A stretch of DNA of 37,860 nt from Actinomycetes bacterium. Its GTDB lineage: Bacteria; Actinomycetota; Acidimicrobiia; Acidimicrobiales; Bog-793. Positions within the stretch are counted from its first letter, which is position 1. Every line of letters begins with the position of its first letter. Where the stretch lies: positions 1-37,860 of the forward strand of contig JAJYQK010000038.1 of assembly GCA_021794645.1 (NCBI GenBank), in the 5' to 3' direction. Below are positions 9,596 through 17,256 of this stretch, piece by piece. The notes below the pieces were generated by a model. The model had not been told where the DNA came from. It made no database searches and saw nothing but the letters and a program-made list of their open reading frames with translations. A program made the position numbers and the translations under genes.

Positions 9596-11131
9596 CTAGC
9601 CGGACCGCTGGTCGTAGGTGGCGACGAGGTGGCGGGCGGCCCGCGCCTCGTCGACCCGGCGCACCGGCGTGGTGCGGGGTGCGCCGCGGGCCGACTCGGA
9701 GCTACCGGCCGCCCTCGCCTCGCTGGCGATGAGCTCGAGTGCCTCGGCCAGGGCGGCCAGGGTCTGGGGAGACTCGGTCTCGGTCGGCTCGATCATCAAA
9801 GCCTCTTTCACGATGAGCGGGAAGTAGACCGTCGGCGAGTGGAAGCCGAGCTCGAGCAGGCGCTTGGCGACGTCGAGGGCGCGCAGCCCCGTCTCGTCGT
9901 CGAGACTCTTGGCCGAGAGGACGCACTCGTGCATCACGGTGCGGTCGTAGGCGATGTCGTAGCTCTCCCGCAGCCGCTCTTTCATCCAGTTGGCGTTGAG
10001 AACGGCGATCTCGGCCACCTGGCGCAAGCCGTCCGCCCCGTGCAGGCGGAGGTAGGTCCAGGCCCGCAGCAGGACGAGGGCGTTCCCGTGCCAGGAGTGG
10101 AGCCGTCCGATGGAGCGGCTGGGACGCGCCCAGCCGAAGCCGCCCTCGGGCAGGCGGACCGGACGGGGCCCGGGCAGGTACTCCACCAGCCGCTCGCTCA
10201 CCGCCACCGGGCCGGCACCCGGGCCGCCCCCGCCGTGCGGGGTGGCAAAGGTCTTGTGCAAGTTGAGATGGACGATGTCAAAGCCCATGTCACCGGGGCG
10301 GACGACGCCGAGGATGGCATTCAGGTTGGCGCCGTCGTAGTAGAGGAGGCCACCCACCTCGTGGACGGCGGCCGCGATCTCGACGATGTCCTCCTCGAAC
10401 AGCCCGAGGGTGTTGGGGTTGGTGAGCATGATGCCCGCCACGTCGGTGTCGAGGGCAGCCCGCAAGCCCTCGAGGTCCACGCCGCCCCGCTCGTTCGTGC
10501 CGACCGTCGTGACCTCGTAGCCGCCGAGGGTCACCGAGGCCGGGTTGGTGCCGTGAGCGGAGTCGGGGATGATCACCCGGTGGCGCTCCTCCCCCCGCTC
10601 CTCGTGGTACCGGCGCATGAGCAATAGGCCGGTCAGCTCGCCGGCGGCCCCGGCGGCCGGCTGCAAGGTGGCGGCCGACATGCCGGTTATGGCGCAGAGC
10701 ATCTCCTCCAGCTCGACGAGCACCTCCAGCCAGCCCTGGGTGCAGCTGGCCGGGGCCGCCGGGTGGACGGCGGCGAAGTGGCGGGCGGAGGCCGCCTCGT
10801 CACAGACCTTCGGGTTGTACTTCATCGTGCACGAGCCGAGCGGGTAGGCGCCGAGATCGACCGAGTACTGGCGGTGGGTGAGCCGGGTGAAGTGAGCCAC
10901 GAGGTCTCGTTCGGAGACCTCGGGCAGCCGGGCGGCCTCCCCGGCGAGGAGCTCAGCCGGCAGCAGCTCCTCGGCCGACCAGGCGGGCAGCTCGGTCGTC
11001 CGGAAGCTGGCGGCCGACCGCCCCGAGACCGAGAGGTCGAACAGCGTCGGCTCGGCCTCGTGCCCCATGAGGGGAGCGCTCAGGGCCCGCCCACCCGGGG
11101 CGGCGGGGGTCGTCTCGGTCTCGCTCGTCAT
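9596..11131 (-). CDS. gcvPB: Glycine dehydrogenase (decarboxylating) subunit 2
   Basis: Motifs YPLGSCTMKYNPK, PDSAHGTNPAS, HLNLHKTFATPHGGGGPG (PLP lysine) and MIEPTETES. Confidence 0.97.
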   Translation of the reverse strand: MTSETETTPAAPGGRALSAPLMGHEAEPTLFDLSVSGRSAASFRTTELPAWSAEELLPAELLAGEAARLPEVSERDLVAHFTRLTHRQYSVDLGAYPLGSCTMKYNPKVCDEAASARHFAAVHPAAPASCTQGWLEVLVELEEMLCAITGMSAATLQPAAGAAGELTGLLLMRRYHEERGEERHRVIIPDSAHGTNPASVTLGGYEVTTVGTNERGGVDLEGLRAALDTDVAGIMLTNPNTLGLFEEDIVEIAAAVHEVGGLLYYDGANLNAILGVVRPGDMGFDIVHLNLHKTFATPHGGGGPGAGPVAVSERLVEYLPGPRPVRLPEGGFGWARPSRSIGRLHSWHGNALVLLRAWTYLRLHGADGLRQVAEIAVLNANWMKERLRESYDIAYDRTVMHECVLSAKSLDDETGLRALDVAKRLLELGFHSPTVYFPLIVKEALMIEPTETESPQTLAALAEALELIASEARAAGSSESARGAPRTTPVRRVDEARAARHLVATYDQRSG

Positions 11132-12477
11132 CTGACCGCCTTCTCCAAGCTGGCTGCAAAGCCATCGATCTCCTGGCGGGTGCGCCGCTCGGTCGTGGCC
11201 ACGAGCAAAGTCCCCTCGAGGTCGGTGCCCTCGTAACCCTCTCGCACGGACACGCCGGCGAGGTAGCCCTCCTCGGCCAGCCGCTCGATCGCAACCTCGG
11301 CCTCGACGGGCAGGCGGAGGGCGAACTCCCTGAAGGTGGCGGCCTCGGTCGCCGCCTCGACGCCCTCGATCCCCAAGAGCGCCTCCCGGGCATAGCGGGC
11401 GGCCCGGGCCGAGCCGAGTGCGACCTCCCTCAGGCCGGCCGGCCCCAGCCAGCCGAGCTGGATGGCAGCCGTCACCGCCATGAGGGTCTGGTTCGTGCAG
11501 ACGTTGGAGGAGGCCTTCTCCCGCCTGATGTCCTGCTCGCGGGCGCGAAGGGTCGTCACGTAGGAGAGGGTGCCCTCGCTGTCGAGGGTCTCGCCCACGA
11601 GCCGGCCCGGCAGGCGACGGACATCTCTGCTCCTGCAGCTGAAGAGGCCGAGATAGGGGCCGCCGAAGGAGAGGGCCACCCCGAGGGGCTGGCCCTCACC
11701 GACAGCGACGTCGGCCCCGAGGCTGCCGGGCGACTTGAGCAGCCCGCTCGCCACTGGGTCGTAGCAGACGACCAGCCTCGCCCCGGTGGCGTCGGCCAGC
11801 TGGCGGGCACCGGCCATGTCGTCGAGACAGCCGAGGAAGTTCGGGAAGCCCACGACCACGGCGCCGGCCGGCTCTCCGGCGGCAGCCGAGAAGTCGGTCC
11901 GGCCCTGCACGAGCGGGAGCTCGACGATCTCGTGGCCCGGGCCATGGCTGAAGGTGGCGAGCACCTCTCTCCAGCGAGGGTTGACCCCGGCCGAGAGGAG
12001 CACCCGGCTGTTGCCGGTGGCGGCCACCGCCAGGTTGACCCCCTCCATCAAGGAGGCGGCCCCGTCATAGAGCGAGCCGTTGGCGATCTCGAGACCGCTC
12101 AGGCGGGCCACCATCGTCTGGTACTCGAAGATGGCCTGCAGCACCCCCTGGGAGACCTCGGGCTGGTAGGGGGTGTAGGCGGTGACGAACTCCGAGCGGG
12201 AGGCGAGGGAGCGGACCACGGCGGGCACCTCGTGGTCGTAGGCACCGGCGCCGGCGAAGCAGACGAGCGACCGCCCGACCGGCTTGTTCCTCTCCCCGAG
12301 CTCGAAGAGGCGGTCGGTGACGTCCGCCTCGCTCATGTGATCGGGCAGCGAGAGACCGCCGGCCAGGCGGACAGCCGCCGGCACCGTCGCGAACAGCTCG
12401 TCCAGGCTGGCGAGGCCGAGGAATGTGAGCATCTCCGCCACCTCCGCCTCGGTGTGCGGGACGAATGGTGCTCTCAC
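11128..12477 (-). CDS. gcvPA: Glycine dehydrogenase (decarboxylating) subunit 1
   Basis: Motifs FVPHT, TAYTPYQPEVSQG, SLYDGA, FGGPYLG and REQDIRREKASSNVCTNQ. Confidence 0.97.
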   Translation of the reverse strand: MRAPFVPHTEAEVAEMLTFLGLASLDELFATVPAAVRLAGGLSLPDHMSEADVTDRLFELGERNKPVGRSLVCFAGAGAYDHEVPAVVRSLASRSEFVTAYTPYQPEVSQGVLQAIFEYQTMVARLSGLEIANGSLYDGAASLMEGVNLAVAATGNSRVLLSAGVNPRWREVLATFSHGPGHEIVELPLVQGRTDFSAAAGEPAGAVVVGFPNFLGCLDDMAGARQLADATGARLVVCYDPVASGLLKSPGSLGADVAVGEGQPLGVALSFGGPYLGLFSCRSRDVRRLPGRLVGETLDSEGTLSYVTTLRAREQDIRREKASSNVCTNQTLMAVTAAIQLGWLGPAGLREVALGSARAARYAREALLGIEGVEAATEAATFREFALRLPVEAEVAIERLAEEGYLAGVSVREGYEGTDLEGTLLVATTERRTRQEIDGFAASLEKAVR

Positions 12478-13547
12478 TGAGGTGCTCTCCTGCTCGGGTC
12501 CAGCTTGTGGAAGGGTGGCTTCACGACCTCCGCCCCTGCCGGCCGCCCCCGCAGGTCGATCTCGACGTTATCGCCCGGGCCGAGAGCCGCGGGCAGGAAG
12601 GCGAGGGCGATGCCCCGTTCGAGCACAGGCGAGAAGTTGCCACTCGTCACCTCCCCCACCTCCTCTCCCCCGCGCAGCACCCTGTCGTGGTCTCGGGGGG
12701 GCCGGCGCTGGCCGGTGAGCAGCCCCTGCAGGCGGCGGGAGGGTCCTCCGGCTGCCCGGATCGCCTCGAGGGCGCCTTTTCCCACAAAGGACTCCTTCTG
12801 CCAGCCGACGACCCAGCCGAGCCCGGCTTCGAGCGGGTTGATCGAGGGTCCCAGCTCGTGACCGTGCAGCGGGAGGCCGGCTTCGAGGCGGAGGGTGTCG
12901 CGGGCCCCGAGCCCGGCCGCCGTGGCGCCCTCGGCGAGGATTGCCCGCCAGAGCGGAGCCGCCACCTCGAGGGGCACGGAGCACTCGACCCCGTCCTCAC
13001 CGGTGTAGCCCGTGCCCGCCACCAGGCAGCTGGACCCCTCGAAGTCGAAGGGGGCCACCCCGAAGCGGGGCACCTCGGCTGCCGCCGGCGCCACGCCGGC
13101 CACCACCCGGCGGGCCTGCGGGCCCTGGACGGCGATGACAGCCCGCTCAGCCGTCACGTCTCGCCCCCCGATGGCCTCGAGCACCCGGCTCGTGTTGGAG
13201 GCGTTCGGCATCACCTCGAAGCGGTCCTGCCCGGCCCACCAGACGATGATGTCGTCGAGGACGCCGCCCTCATCGCTCAAAAGGTGGGTGTACTGAGCTC
13301 GCCCGGGGCCAATCTTGCGCAGGTCGTTCGAGAAGACGGCCTGCAGCCGCTCGAACGAGCCGGCTCCCTCCAGGCGCACCGTGCCGAGATGGCTGACGTC
13401 GAAGCAGGCGGCTTGTCGCCGGCAGGCGAGGTGCTCGGCGATGGTGCCGGACCCGTAGCTGAGGGGCATCTCCCAGCCGCCGAAGTCGACGAGCTTGGCC
13501 CCGAGCGCTTCGTGCTCCGCCTGCAGCGGGCTGTGGCGGAGGCTCAC
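12474..13547 (-). CDS. gcvT: Glycine cleavage aminomethyltransferase T
   Basis: Motifs DFGGWEMPLSY, FDVSHLG, TGYTGEDGVE, GLGARDTLRLEAG and GEVTSG. Confidence 0.97.
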   Translation of the reverse strand: MSLRHSPLQAEHEALGAKLVDFGGWEMPLSYGSGTIAEHLACRRQAACFDVSHLGTVRLEGAGSFERLQAVFSNDLRKIGPGRAQYTHLLSDEGGVLDDIIVWWAGQDRFEVMPNASNTSRVLEAIGGRDVTAERAVIAVQGPQARRVVAGVAPAAAEVPRFGVAPFDFEGSSCLVAGTGYTGEDGVECSVPLEVAAPLWRAILAEGATAAGLGARDTLRLEAGLPLHGHELGPSINPLEAGLGWVVGWQKESFVGKGALEAIRAAGGPSRRLQGLLTGQRRPPRDHDRVLRGGEEVGEVTSGNFSPVLERGIALAFLPAALGPGDNVEIDLRGRPAGAEVVKPPFHKLDPSRRAPQ

Positions 13548-13879
13548 CCGGCCAATTTAACGGGACAGGACCAGGGGTACTTGGCGAAGAGCTCCTCGAG
13601 GTCGCGGCGGTAGAGGAGCTTCACTCGCACGGCAGGGTAGAGCTGCTCGAGGCGGCGGAGCTTGCGGTTCTTCTCCGTGACGAGGTCCTGGCGGAGCGTC
13701 GTCAGCTCGACGAAAAGGTTGTGCTGAGGCAGGTAGAAGTCGGGCCGGAAGCCGGCGGCGGGCTGCCCGTCGGCCGTCCAGGCCAGCACGAACTCGACAG
13801 GCTCGTACTCCCAGGAGACGCCGTAGTAGTCGAGCAGTCCGGCGAAGAAGCGCTCGGCGTCGTGGGCAAAGCGCCTCAA
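13544..13879 (-). CDS. Small PD-(D/E)XK-like (restriction-endonuclease fold) hypothetical protein
   Basis: Pattern FAHDAE...WEYEP...FRPDFYLP...FVELTT...KNRKLRRL. TTGA overlap with the MerR stop and GTGA overlap with the gcvT start. Confidence 0.7.
   Translation of the reverse strand: MRRFAHDAERFFAGLLDYYGVSWEYEPVEFVLAWTADGQPAAGFRPDFYLPQHNLFVELTTLRQDLVTEKNRKLRRLEQLYPAVRVKLLYRRDLEELFAKYPWSCPVKLAG
13554..13559 (-). promoter_or_regulatory. Putative -10 box (TAAATT) for a leaderless gcvT-gcvPA-gcvPB transcript
   Basis: TANNNT hexamer 6 nt before the gcvT GTG, in an unusually AT-rich spot within the end of the upstream ORF. Confidence 0.55.
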
Positions 13880-14379
13880 CGGGCGTGGGCCGTTCGGCCC
13901 GGCTCCTCACCCGGGGCCGCCTTCGGGGCTGCGTCGCCGGCGGCTGCCTCGCCGGCGAACTCGGTGATCCCCGCCTCGACGTCGCCCATCACTCCCGCCA
14001 GCGGGACGACGTTGAAGACGCCCTGTCCGCCCTTCATGAGATCGAGCAGCTCGCCGTCGCTGCGGGCGAGCACGGTGCCAGACGGCCCGAGCACGAGGCT
14101 GGCCGAGGCGAGGTCGTCCGAGACCGACTCGCGGAAGAACTCGATCGCCTTGCGGGCGCCCTGCAGGGTGAGGCCGGAGTCGAGCAGCTGCTTGATGATC
14201 TTCAGCACGACGACGTCGGTGTAGGAGTAGAGCCGCTGGCTGCCGCTTCCCCGGGCGGCTGCCAGCGACGGGCTGAGCAGGCCCGTCCTGTCCCAGTGGT
14301 CGAGCTGGCGGTAGGTGATCCCGACGATCTTGCAGACGTGCGGGCCTCGGTAGCCCCGGACGGAATCGCTCGTGCTCAT
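13876..14379 (-). CDS. MerR-family regulator, Rv1830 (McdR/ResR)-like
   Basis: GYRGPHVCKIVGITYRQLDHWDRTGLLSPS...GSGSQRLYSYTD and LLDLMKGGQGVF. Syntenic position after DUF151. Confidence 0.9.
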   Translation of the reverse strand: MSTSDSVRGYRGPHVCKIVGITYRQLDHWDRTGLLSPSLAAARGSGSQRLYSYTDVVVLKIIKQLLDSGLTLQGARKAIEFFRESVSDDLASASLVLGPSGTVLARSDGELLDLMKGGQGVFNVVPLAGVMGDVEAGITEFAGEAAAGDAAPKAAPGEEPGRTAHAR

Positions 14380-14421
14380 GGCCGCCTCTTCAGGCCGGGC
14401 TGCGCCGGCGGGCCGGACAAC

Positions 14422-14476
14422 AGCGACGTAACTACACCTACGTCACTAGGTTAGGCCCGGGGCAGGGAGGAGTCAA
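14422..14476 (-). promoter_or_regulatory. SigA-type promoter plus inverted-repeat operator upstream of the MerR gene
   Basis: -35 TTGACT (14476-14471), 17 nt spacer, -10 TAACCT (14453-14448). Immediately followed by the imperfect IR AGTGACGTA-N8-TACGTCGCT (14447-14422). Confidence 0.7.
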
Positions 14477-14524
14477 CGTCGACCGCCGGCTTTGACCGAG
14501 CCCAGCTCGACCTGTGGTCGAGGG

Positions 14525-15028
14525 TCAGCCGCTGAAGTCCTCGGGCCGTACCCGGTCGAGGAACTCACGGAACTCCCCCACGATCTCCTCGGGGGTGCCG
14601 CTCTCGGTCTCGTCGTCCTCGTCGGGCTCGATGACGATGCCCTCGGAGTCCATCACGTCGTCGGCCACATAGAGCGGGGAGCGGGTGCGCAGAGCGAGGG
14701 CGACGCCGTCGGAGGGCCGGCAGGAGACGGTGTGGGTCACCTGGCCCGCCTGCACGACAAGCTCGGCGAGGTAGGTCGTCTCCTCGAGGGCCGTTATCAC
14801 CACCCGCTCGAGGGTGGCCCCGAGCGTCTCGAGGAGGCTGGCGAGCAGGTCGTGGGTCATCGGGCGAGGCACCTCGACGCCCTGCAGGGCAAAGGCGATG
14901 GCGGTCGCTTCCGGCGCCCCGACGAAGATCGGGAGCGAACGGTGAGCCCCTTCGGTCTCCTCCAGGATGACGACCGGGTTGCTCGACTGCAGATCGACTC
15001 GCACAGCAGAGAGCCGAACTTCGACCAT
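14525..15028 (-). CDS. Bifunctional nuclease family protein (DUF151, Rv1829-like)
   Basis: Motifs LPIFVGAPEATAI, PRPMTHDL and CRPSDGVALA, with an acidic tail EFREFLDRVRPEDF. Confidence 0.93.
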   Translation of the reverse strand: MVEVRLSAVRVDLQSSNPVVILEETEGAHRSLPIFVGAPEATAIAFALQGVEVPRPMTHDLLASLLETLGATLERVVITALEETTYLAELVVQAGQVTHTVSCRPSDGVALALRTRSPLYVADDVMDSEGIVIEPDEDDETESGTPEEIVGEFREFLDRVRPEDFSG

Positions 15029-15037
15029 GAGAAGAAA

Positions 15038-15604
15038 CTACCGCTCGTACAAGTGAGTCAGGCTGCCAGCCGGAGCCTTCCTCAGCTCCCGCGGCTCGAC
15101 CTGCACGAGCGAGGGGATGTTGCGGAAGCGCTCCTCGAGGTCGAGGCCGTAGCCGATCAGGTACTCCTCCCCCGTCTCTCGCCCGACGTAGCGGAGATCG
15201 ACCGGGATGAGCCTTTTCACCTTCCGGTCGAGCAGCGTGCAGATGTCGACCGAGGCCGCACCCCGCTCGGCGAGGAGCCGGAGCACATAAGAGACGGTGA
15301 GCCCGCGGTCGACGATGTCGACGGCAACCACCACGTCACGACCGGTGACGTCGACATCGAGGTCCTTCGCCAGCGCCACCCGCTCGCCGCCCGCCCCATA
15401 GGGCGACAGGGCGAGGAAGTCGATGGCGCAGGCGACCTCGAGGTGGCGGGCGAGGTCGGCCACGAGGCAGACCGAGCCCTTCAGCAGCCCGACGAGGACG
15501 ACGCCGTCCGGATGGTCCCTTGAGATCTCGCCGGCGAGCCGCCGGACGATCGAGGCGATCTCTTGCTCCGAAAGCCCCGCCCCGGCAGCGCCGGGCAGCG
15601 TCAT
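15038..15604 (-). CDS. Hypoxanthine phosphoribosyltransferase-like protein with a degenerate PRPP motif
   Basis: Motifs VGLLKGS, LSPY, DVTGRDVVVAVDIVDRGLT, LLDRK and IGYGLD...RNIP. ATGA overlap with the upstream regulator. Confidence 0.85.
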   Translation of the reverse strand: MTLPGAAGAGLSEQEIASIVRRLAGEISRDHPDGVVLVGLLKGSVCLVADLARHLEVACAIDFLALSPYGAGGERVALAKDLDVDVTGRDVVVAVDIVDRGLTVSYVLRLLAERGAASVDICTLLDRKVKRLIPVDLRYVGRETGEEYLIGYGLDLEERFRNIPSLVQVEPRELRKAPAGSLTHLYER

Positions 15605-16566
15605 CTCCCCGTCAGGTCCTCGAGGCTGGCCCGCACGAAGGCTGCCTGGATGGCGCTGCCGAGCTCGGCCATCTCCTTCAGATCGTTGACGGCCTTGGCC
15701 CGCGCCTCGGGGTTCCGCTGGCGGAGAAGGGGCATGACGGCCTGGGAGTAGAGCCCGGCCTGGCGCTCGGCTGCGTGCTTGAAGAGCCGAAGATGGCGGG
15801 GTTCGATGCCATAGGCGGAGAAGCGAGCCGCCAGCTTGGCGGTCTCGAGGGCCTCGGCGCTGTAGCAGTGGACGCCGGCGACGTCTCTACCCTCGATGAG
15901 CCCGTAGGACTCGAGCTGCTCGACCTGGGCGGCGCTCATGCCGGAAGAAGAGGCGATCTCGCCGGCAGTGAGGCTCGAGCCGATGAGCCCGGCGGCGGCG
16001 GTCGCCGCCCGCACCGGCGCCTCCGGCCGGGCCGGCCTCTCGGCCGGGGCGGCCTCTCGGCCGGCCGGAGCGGGGCGAGGGGGCTCGCTCGCCTGCTCCT
16101 CGGAGGGGGGAAGGGGGCGAACGGCCGCCGGCTGGCGTTGCTCTTTCTCCCCGTGCTCCATCGTGGCGACCCGGCTGGCGAGCTCTGCCCGCGGCGCCAG
16201 GCCGAGGGAGGGATGGGCCGTTCCGTTCGCCGAGACTCGGGCGACCGGGCGGGCCGCCTCCTCTGGGAGGGCGGGGGGCGGCTCTGCCTCGTCGAAGAGA
16301 GACTCCGGTTGGCTGGCGCTCTCGGCCCCCTCGAGGCGCCCCTTGATCACCTTGAGCGGCAGGAAGTGCTCCCGCTGCTGGCGGAGGATCCAGCGGAGCC
16401 GGTCGACGTCGTGGTCGTAGAACTTGCGGTAGCCAGAGGGCGTCCGCTCCGGCACGAGCAGACCGCGGCTCTCGAGGAAGCGGATCTTCGAGATCGTGAT
16501 GTCGGGAAATTCCTCCCGCAAGAGGGCGAGGACGTCGCCGATGGAGAGATAGTTGCGCTCGCCCAC
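15601..16566 (-). CDS. ftsR: MerR-family regulator FtsR/Rv1828-like (two HTH regions joined by a Pro/Ala-rich linker)
   Basis: LSIGDVLALLREEFPDITISKIRFLESRGL...RTPSGYRKF...LPLKVIK and YGIEPRHLR. Start trimmed to GTG 16566. Confidence 0.88.
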   Translation of the reverse strand: MGERNYLSIGDVLALLREEFPDITISKIRFLESRGLLVPERTPSGYRKFYDHDVDRLRWILRQQREHFLPLKVIKGRLEGAESASQPESLFDEAEPPPALPEEAARPVARVSANGTAHPSLGLAPRAELASRVATMEHGEKEQRQPAAVRPLPPSEEQASEPPRPAPAGREAAPAERPARPEAPVRAATAAAGLIGSSLTAGEIASSSGMSAAQVEQLESYGLIEGRDVAGVHCYSAEALETAKLAARFSAYGIEPRHLRLFKHAAERQAGLYSQAVMPLLRQRNPEARAKAVNDLKEMAELGSAIQAAFVRASLEDLTGR

Positions 16567-16571
16567 TTCGC

Positions 16572-17039
16572 TCAGGCCTGACCGGTGCTCAAGAAGACGA
16601 GCTTGAACTTGCCGATCTGCACCTCGTCGCCGTTCTGCAAGGTGGCATCCTCGATCCGTTCGCGGTTGACATAGGTGCCGTTGAGGGAGCCGACGTCTTT
16701 CACGACGTATGAGTTTCCCTGCCGCAGGAACTCGGCGTGCCGGCGCGAGACGGTGATGTCGTCGAGGAAGATCTCGCTCTCGGGGTGGCGGCCCACCCGC
16801 GTCACCTCCGGCTCGAGCACGTACTTCGTGCCGACGTCGGGGCCCCGCTTGACGACAAGGAGACCGACTCCTGCCTGCATCTCGCCGAGCGGCACATTCA
16901 CGTCCACCTCGACGGAGTCCCCGGGCTCTTCGGGGGCAAAGGTGACCGTCGTGTCGCTGCCCTGAGCAAGAGGACTGCCGCACGAGGAACAGAAGTTGGA
17001 CTCGGGCGGATTCCGGTGACCGCAGTTTGTGCAGAACAC
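16572..17039 (-). CDS. garA: FHA-domain protein GarA/OdhI-like with an N-terminal zinc ribbon
   Basis: CTNCGHRN...FCSSCG zinc ribbon, DTTVTF phosphosite-like motif, and FHA motifs GRHPESEIFLDDITVSRRHAEF and DVGSLNGTYVNR. Start trimmed to GTG 17039. Confidence 0.9.
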   Translation of the reverse strand: MFCTNCGHRNPPESNFCSSCGSPLAQGSDTTVTFAPEEPGDSVEVDVNVPLGEMQAGVGLLVVKRGPDVGTKYVLEPEVTRVGRHPESEIFLDDITVSRRHAEFLRQGNSYVVKDVGSLNGTYVNRERIEDATLQNGDEVQIGKFKLVFLSTGQA

Positions 17040-17063
17040 TCGATCAAACTTAGTCGCTGGCAG

Positions 17064-17227
17064 GCCGGCAGTTCTCCTGAGCTGCCGGCGATGCCCCGCG
17101 GCGACAGCGGGGCCAACCCTCATCTCCTGATCGAGGGTTGCCGGCGGTGCCGTCAGCAGCCATGGGGGACGGCCCGCTGCCGGGCAGTCGCTAGCAGGAG
17201 ATGCTGAAACCACCCCGGCGCCGGGGT
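17064..17227. ncRNA. Candidate structured RNA / cis-element between the divergent garA and 2H genes
   Basis: Consecutive hairpins at 17064-17089, 17093-17113, 17114-17140, 17149-17173 and 17193-17205, plus a perfect 16-bp palindrome at 17212-17227. Two hairpins share the apex TCTCCTGA. Confidence 0.35.
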
Positions 17228-17256
17228 CGCTCCGAGCGGTCGGGGCGGCGCCCGCC

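Noticed and set aside
16567-16983. Apparent long N-terminal extension of ftsR
   Set aside because: It is an alternative frame of garA, and the HTH begins just after GTG 16566.
17040-17256. Glycine riboswitch or tRNA near the gcv genes
   Set aside because: GGAGA is present, but I could not find the CCGAAG and CUCUCAGG aptamer elements or a cloverleaf with a T-loop.
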